Positions 60,822 to 64,000 of a stretch of DNA of 64,000 nucleotides are shown piece by piece. Each line of letters opens with the position of its first letter. Position 1 is the stretch's first letter. Position numbers and translations under genes: made by a program. The notes beneath the pieces are model-generated. The model saw only the letters and a program-made list of their open reading frames with translations, was not told the origin of the DNA and ran no database searches. The stretch comes from an uncultured Trueperaceae bacterium (lineage in GTDB: Bacteria; Deinococcota; Deinococci; Deinococcales; Trueperaceae), in the NCBI GenBank assembly GCA_913057685.1, contig CAJXOA010000007.1:3123-67122 (forward strand). Direction: 5' to 3'.

Positions 60822-61130
60822 TCAGTCCCACGTCCGTTCCGGCCGCCAGGGGGCGTCGGGGACGTCGTCGCGGTGGATCTCGAGGGTGAGGGCGTCGTCG
60901 GGGTCGCCCGGGCGGGCGCCGTCGGGGGCGGCGTCGACGAGGAGGTGCACGGTGGGCGGTTCGCCCCGCCACCAGCGGTTGCCGACCCGCCAGGCGTCGT
61001 GCAGGCGGCGGACCCGCAGGGTCCGGCCGTCGGGGAGGACGATGCGGTCGGGCAGGGCGACGGGGTCGGGGAGGGCGACGGGGTCGGGCCGGGGACCGGG
61101 GTCGGGCCGGGGGTCGGGGGGCGGCGTCAC
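60822..61130 (-). CDS. 102-aa protein between imuB and dnaE2: Pro/Asp-rich repeats plus a WRVxxRWW-containing domain resembling a detached ImuB C-terminal module
   Basis: The GTG at 61130 overlaps the imuB stop (GTGA), and its own stop abuts the dnaE2 GTG. Sequence: PDPRPDPGPRPDPVALPDPVALPD, then LRVRRLHDAWRVGNRWWRGEPPTVHLLV. Confidence 0.6.
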   Translation of the reverse strand: MTPPPDPRPDPGPRPDPVALPDPVALPDRIVLPDGRTLRVRRLHDAWRVGNRWWRGEPPTVHLLVDAAPDGARPGDPDDALTLEIHRDDVPDAPWRPERTWD

Positions 61131-62464
61131 CGGGAGGGCTCCGCGGGTGCGTCCTGCGGCGTCGCGGTCGGGGCGGCGTCCGGCGTGCGGTCGGTTCGGG
61201 GCCAGGGGACCGCCTCGCCGCTGGCGGCGTCCAGCAGCCGCCAGCGCAGGTGGGCGCGCAGGGCGTCGGGGTCGTGCACCTCGAAACGGCGGGCGTGCCC
61301 GGGGAAGCGGGCGTCGAGGGTGCGGGTGGCGCGTTCGCGCCGTTCGCGGTGCGGCCACAACCCCCCCGCCGCGCTGCGGCGGGCGAGCCCGGACGCCTCG
61401 AGCGTCACGGCGTCCAGCCCCAACGCGACCAGGCCGGTGTCGGCGAGCGCGAGGTGGGCGAGGCGGAGGACTTCATTGGCGTCGCGCAGCGGGCGTTTGG
61501 CGCGGCGGGTGGCGTCGGCGGCGACGCCGGCCGCCTCCGCGCGGACGCGGAGCCGTTCGGCGCTGCGCTCCCCGAACGCCGCCGCCATCCGGCGGGCGAG
61601 GTCGGCGAGGACGGGATCGATCTCCATGGGTTCGCGGGCGGGCGCCTCGAAGGCGTGCGCGACGGTGATCCGCAGCGGTGGGGGGCGGAGCGGGACGCGT
61701 GCGTCGCGCGGCCCGTCGAGGGTCGCGGCGAGCGCGGCGGCGGCGGGCCCGAGGAAGGCGGCGCGCTGGCGCGCGCTCCAGGCGCGCAGGTCACCGATCC
61801 GCGTCACGCCGAGCCACGCGAGGCGGTCGCGGTCGGCGTCGGGCAGCCCCAACGCCCGCAGGGCGGCGATCGGGGCGCGATCGAGGGTGGTCCAGGGGTC
61901 CTCGCCGGGCGCGACGGTGCGGACGGTGCCGGGGGGCGCGAGGAGGGCGAGGAGGCGGGCCTCCTGGATCGTGTCGGCCACCCCGACGCGCGCCTCGTGG
62001 CGGGTGGCGAAGGTGTGGGCGTCGGCGAGGGGGGCGCGCAGCGCCAGCACCCCGGGCGCGACGGGCGCGAGGAAGGGGGAGACGTCGCGCGCCTCGTCGA
62101 GGACGGCGTCCCACGCCGCGGCGAGGTCGGGTCCGTCGGGCGTGACGACGTGCAGGTCGGGGAGGCGTTGGCGGGCGCCGGTGAGCGGCGTGCCGGGTCG
62201 GATGCCGGCGCGTTTCGCGGCGGCGTCGGCGTCGCGCACGCGCCGCCCGTCGTCGCTGCTGACGGTGGGGACGCACGGCGCGCCGCGCGCGGCGCGGCGG
62301 CGCCGTTCGCGCCACAACGCGAACGGCTCGAGGCTGGCGACGACCACCCGCTGTGCGGTCGCGGTCGGGGGGTGGTGCGGCGCCGGGGACGGCGGCCGCG
62401 CGGGGGTCGGTCGAGGCCCGGGGGCCGCGTCGGGGGGGGAGGGGGGCGTGGTAGCGTTCCGCAT
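61127..62464 (-). CDS. imuB: Y-family DNA polymerase-like protein ImuB
   Basis: 445 aa counted from the ATG at 62464. Y-family-like N-terminus (VVVASLEPFAL...DADAAAKRAGIRPGTPL) and the little-finger/HhH region (LGLPDADRDRLAWLGVTRIGDL). It sits directly upstream of dnaE2. Confidence 0.8.
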   Translation of the reverse strand: MRNATTPPSPPDAAPGPRPTPARPPSPAPHHPPTATAQRVVVASLEPFALWRERRRRAARGAPCVPTVSSDDGRRVRDADAAAKRAGIRPGTPLTGARQRLPDLHVVTPDGPDLAAAWDAVLDEARDVSPFLAPVAPGVLALRAPLADAHTFATRHEARVGVADTIQEARLLALLAPPGTVRTVAPGEDPWTTLDRAPIAALRALGLPDADRDRLAWLGVTRIGDLRAWSARQRAAFLGPAAAALAATLDGPRDARVPLRPPPLRITVAHAFEAPAREPMEIDPVLADLARRMAAAFGERSAERLRVRAEAAGVAADATRRAKRPLRDANEVLRLAHLALADTGLVALGLDAVTLEASGLARRSAAGGLWPHRERRERATRTLDARFPGHARRFEVHDPDALRAHLRWRLLDAASGEAVPWPRTDRTPDAAPTATPQDAPAEPSR

Positions 62465-62500
62465 CGCAGGTCGCGATCCTTTCGTGGTCTGACGATCCGT

Positions 62501-62542
62501 TCGGACGTACCGCCGGGCCGCCACAGCCACCGGTACGTCCGA
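62501..62542. promoter_or_regulatory. 12-bp inverted repeat TCGGACGTACCG-N18-CGGTACGTCCGA, followed by GCTTTTGG, 37-78 nt upstream of the imuB ATG
   Basis: The arms were verified as exact reverse complements. It lies in the imuB leader/promoter region. Candidate operator or RNA hairpin. Confidence 0.4.
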
Positions 62543-62727
62543 GCTTTTGGGCGTCGGCGCCCGCGGGCGCCCCGGGCGCGACGCCAGGGGAGGGGCGCGC
62601 GACCGGACCCGCACGATACCTTAAAAATGAAGGTAGGGGCAACGCGGCGGTCGCTCTCCCCGCGAACGCCGCGCACGACGCGCGACAGGACGTTCGCACC
62701 TGGCGCCGCCCCACCCCGCTCGCCACG

Positions 62728-64000
62728 ATGCGTCGCATGCTGCGCCGCCGCCTCCTCGCCGCCCTCCTCGCGGCCGCCTTCCCGACCGCCCTCGCCCCCG
62801 CGCAGGCGGCCCCGGACGCCCCGCCGGACGCACCCCCCACCGCCGACGTCTACGTCTTCCACGGCGAGGGCTGCCCCCACTGCGCCGCCGCGCTCGCCTT
62901 CCTGGACGAGCTGCGCGCCGACCACCCCCACGTCCGCGTCCACGCCTACGAGGTGTGGCACGACGCGGAGAACCGGGCGTTGCTCGAGGCGTTCGCCCGC
63001 GGGTACCGCCGCGAAGTGCGCGGCGTCCCGGTGATCGTGCTGGGCGACGCCTGGTGGACCGGCTTCGCCGCCCCCGTCGCCGACGGCCTCCGGACGCGCG
63101 TGGCGCGCGGGACGCCGTTCCCCGACCCCCGCGCCCGCCTCGCCGCCGACGACCTCGCCGCCGCCGTCGACCGCGGTCAGCTGCCGCCCCTCGCCGCGAC
63201 CGCCGCCCCCGCCGCGCCCCTCGCGCCCGACGCGGCGGCCGACACCACGATCGCCGTGCCGCTCCTCGGCACCCTCGACCTCGCCGCCACCCCCCTCGTG
63301 CTGGGCACCGCCCTCATCGGGCTGATCGACGGGGTGAACCCCTGCTCGCTGTGGGTCCTCGCCCTCCTCGTCGGGGTGGTCGTCGGCACCCGCTCGCGCC
63401 GCCGGGTGCTGTGGGTCGGCGGGACGTTCCTGACCGTCACCGCCGCGGTGTACGCCCTGTTCATCGCCGGCACCTTCCAGGTGGCCGCCACCCTCACGAT
63501 GCTCGGCGGGGTCCGCGTCGCCGTCGCGCTCGTCGCCGCCGCCGTCGCGGCGGTGAACCTCAAGGACTACGTCGCCTTCGGGCGCGGCGTCAGCCTCACC
63601 ACCCCCGACGCCGCGAAACCGCGCATCTACCGCGGCATCCGCCGCATCATGCACGCCGACGGCGCCTGGCTCCCGACGTTGGCGGCCACCGCCGTCCTGG
63701 CGTTGGGCGTGACGATCGTGGAGCTGCCCTGCACCGCCGGCTTCCCGGTCGTGTGGAGCACCTGGATGGCCGACGCCGGCGTCGCCGGCAGCGGGTTCTG
63801 GGGGTTGCTGGCGGTGTACGTGACGATCTACCTGCTCGACGAACTCGCGTTGTTCGGCGCCGCGGTCGTCACCCTGCGCGCCGTCCGCATGGAGGAGGAC
63901 GGCGCCCGCGTCCTCAAGCTCGTCGGCGGCGTCGTCATGCTCGCGCTCGCCGTCGCGATGCTGCAGGCGCCCGAGGCGCTGGGCACGCTGCGCGGCACGG
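62728..64000 (+). CDS. thioredoxin/glutaredoxin-fold domain (CPHC) fused to a multi-pass membrane domain with paired Cys (DsbD/CcdA-like thiol-disulfide transfer protein); 3' end off window
   Basis: I translated it by hand; it is absent from the ORF track because no stop lies inside the window. Signal MLRRRLLAALLAAAFPTALAPAQA. Motifs VFHGEGCPHCAAA, GVNPCSLWVL and VELPCTAGFP. The frame is open to position 64000. ATG at 62737 is an alternative start. Confidence 0.7.
   Translation, partial: MRRMLRRRLLAALLAAAFPTALAPAQAAPDAPPDAPPTADVYVFHGEGCPHCAAALAFLDELRADHPHVRVHAYEVWHDAENRALLEAFARGYRREVRGVPVIVLGDAWWTGFAAPVADGLRTRVARGTPFPDPRARLAADDLAAAVDRGQLPPLAATAAPAAPLAPDAAADTTIAVPLLGTLDLAATPLVLGTALIGLIDGVNPCSLWVLALLVGVVVGTRSRRRVLWVGGTFLTVTAAVYALFIAGTFQVAATLTMLGGVRVAVALVAAAVAAVNLKDYVAFGRGVSLTTPDAAKPRIYRGIRRIMHADGAWLPTLAATAVLALGVTIVELPCTAGFPVVWSTWMADAGVAGSGFWGLLAVYVTIYLLDELALFGAAVVTLRAVRMEEDGARVLKLVGGVVMLALAVAMLQAPEALGTLRGT

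Noticed and set aside
57442-63654. ORFs 57442..60972 (-, 1176 aa), 57909..60791 (+, 960 aa), 60873..62492 (+), 61250..63034 (+) and 61804..63654 (-).
   Set aside because: They are antisense or alternative frames of dnaE2, imuB and the thioredoxin-membrane gene, with no motifs and extreme R/G/P/A content.

Overview
This is a 64-kb, very GC-rich bacterial chromosomal segment; host lines I hand-counted run about 70-78% G+C. It is tightly packed with about 57 protein genes, and many of them are joined by 4-nt GTGA/ATGA or 8-nt stop-start overlaps. I recognised no rRNA, tRNA, CRISPR array, transposase or integrase. A complete V/A-type ATPase operon, a fused KipI-KipA (PxpBC) gene and the GTG-rich start usage suggest a Deinococcota-like organism (Thermus/Deinococcus/Truepera lineage), but this is only a guess.

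Gene content in window order:
- FeoA-like protein, then pxpA and fused pxpBC.
- A radical SAM protein, a PEBP-family protein and an orphan hypF.
- The mobA-nitroreductase-moeA operon.
- A peptide-type ABC importer (binding protein plus 2 permeases, no ATPase gene).
- A LuxR-type two-component pair.
- A 9-gene V-type ATPase operon with a translationally coupled usp.
- ppsA, an aldo-keto reductase, a deoxyhypusine-synthase-like gene and a GreA-like factor.
- A DEAD-box helicase and a csp separated by an extraordinary G55-C-G11 homopolymer tract.
- A complete 9-gene N-ATPase operon (atpDCQRBEFAG order, c subunit with the full Na+-ligand set).
- An SDR, a DUF429 protein, a THUMP methyltransferase, a GAF/fRMsr protein and a DUF427 protein.
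- An agq/srs-like phenolic-lipid cluster: type III PKS, methyltransferase, FAD monooxygenase and UbiA prenyltransferase.
- An aldose epimerase.
- A compositionally foreign block (about 48.2-54.3 kb, roughly 47-62% G+C in hand-counted lines at its 5' end, rising toward host-like values at its 3' end). It consists of an 846-bp non-coding leader and a 4-gene operon.
- An AfsR/SARP-like regulator.
- An imuB / small ORF / dnaE2 mutagenesis cassette.
- A thioredoxin-fold membrane protein that runs off the window.

The best candidate for an undescribed system is the 4-gene operon in the low-GC block. It encodes two paralogous secreted subunits, a two-beta-sandwich periplasmic protein and a 939-aa barrel-like protein, and reads as a non-canonical fibre or surface-assembly machine. 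All family assignments come from reading motifs by eye; no database search was run.
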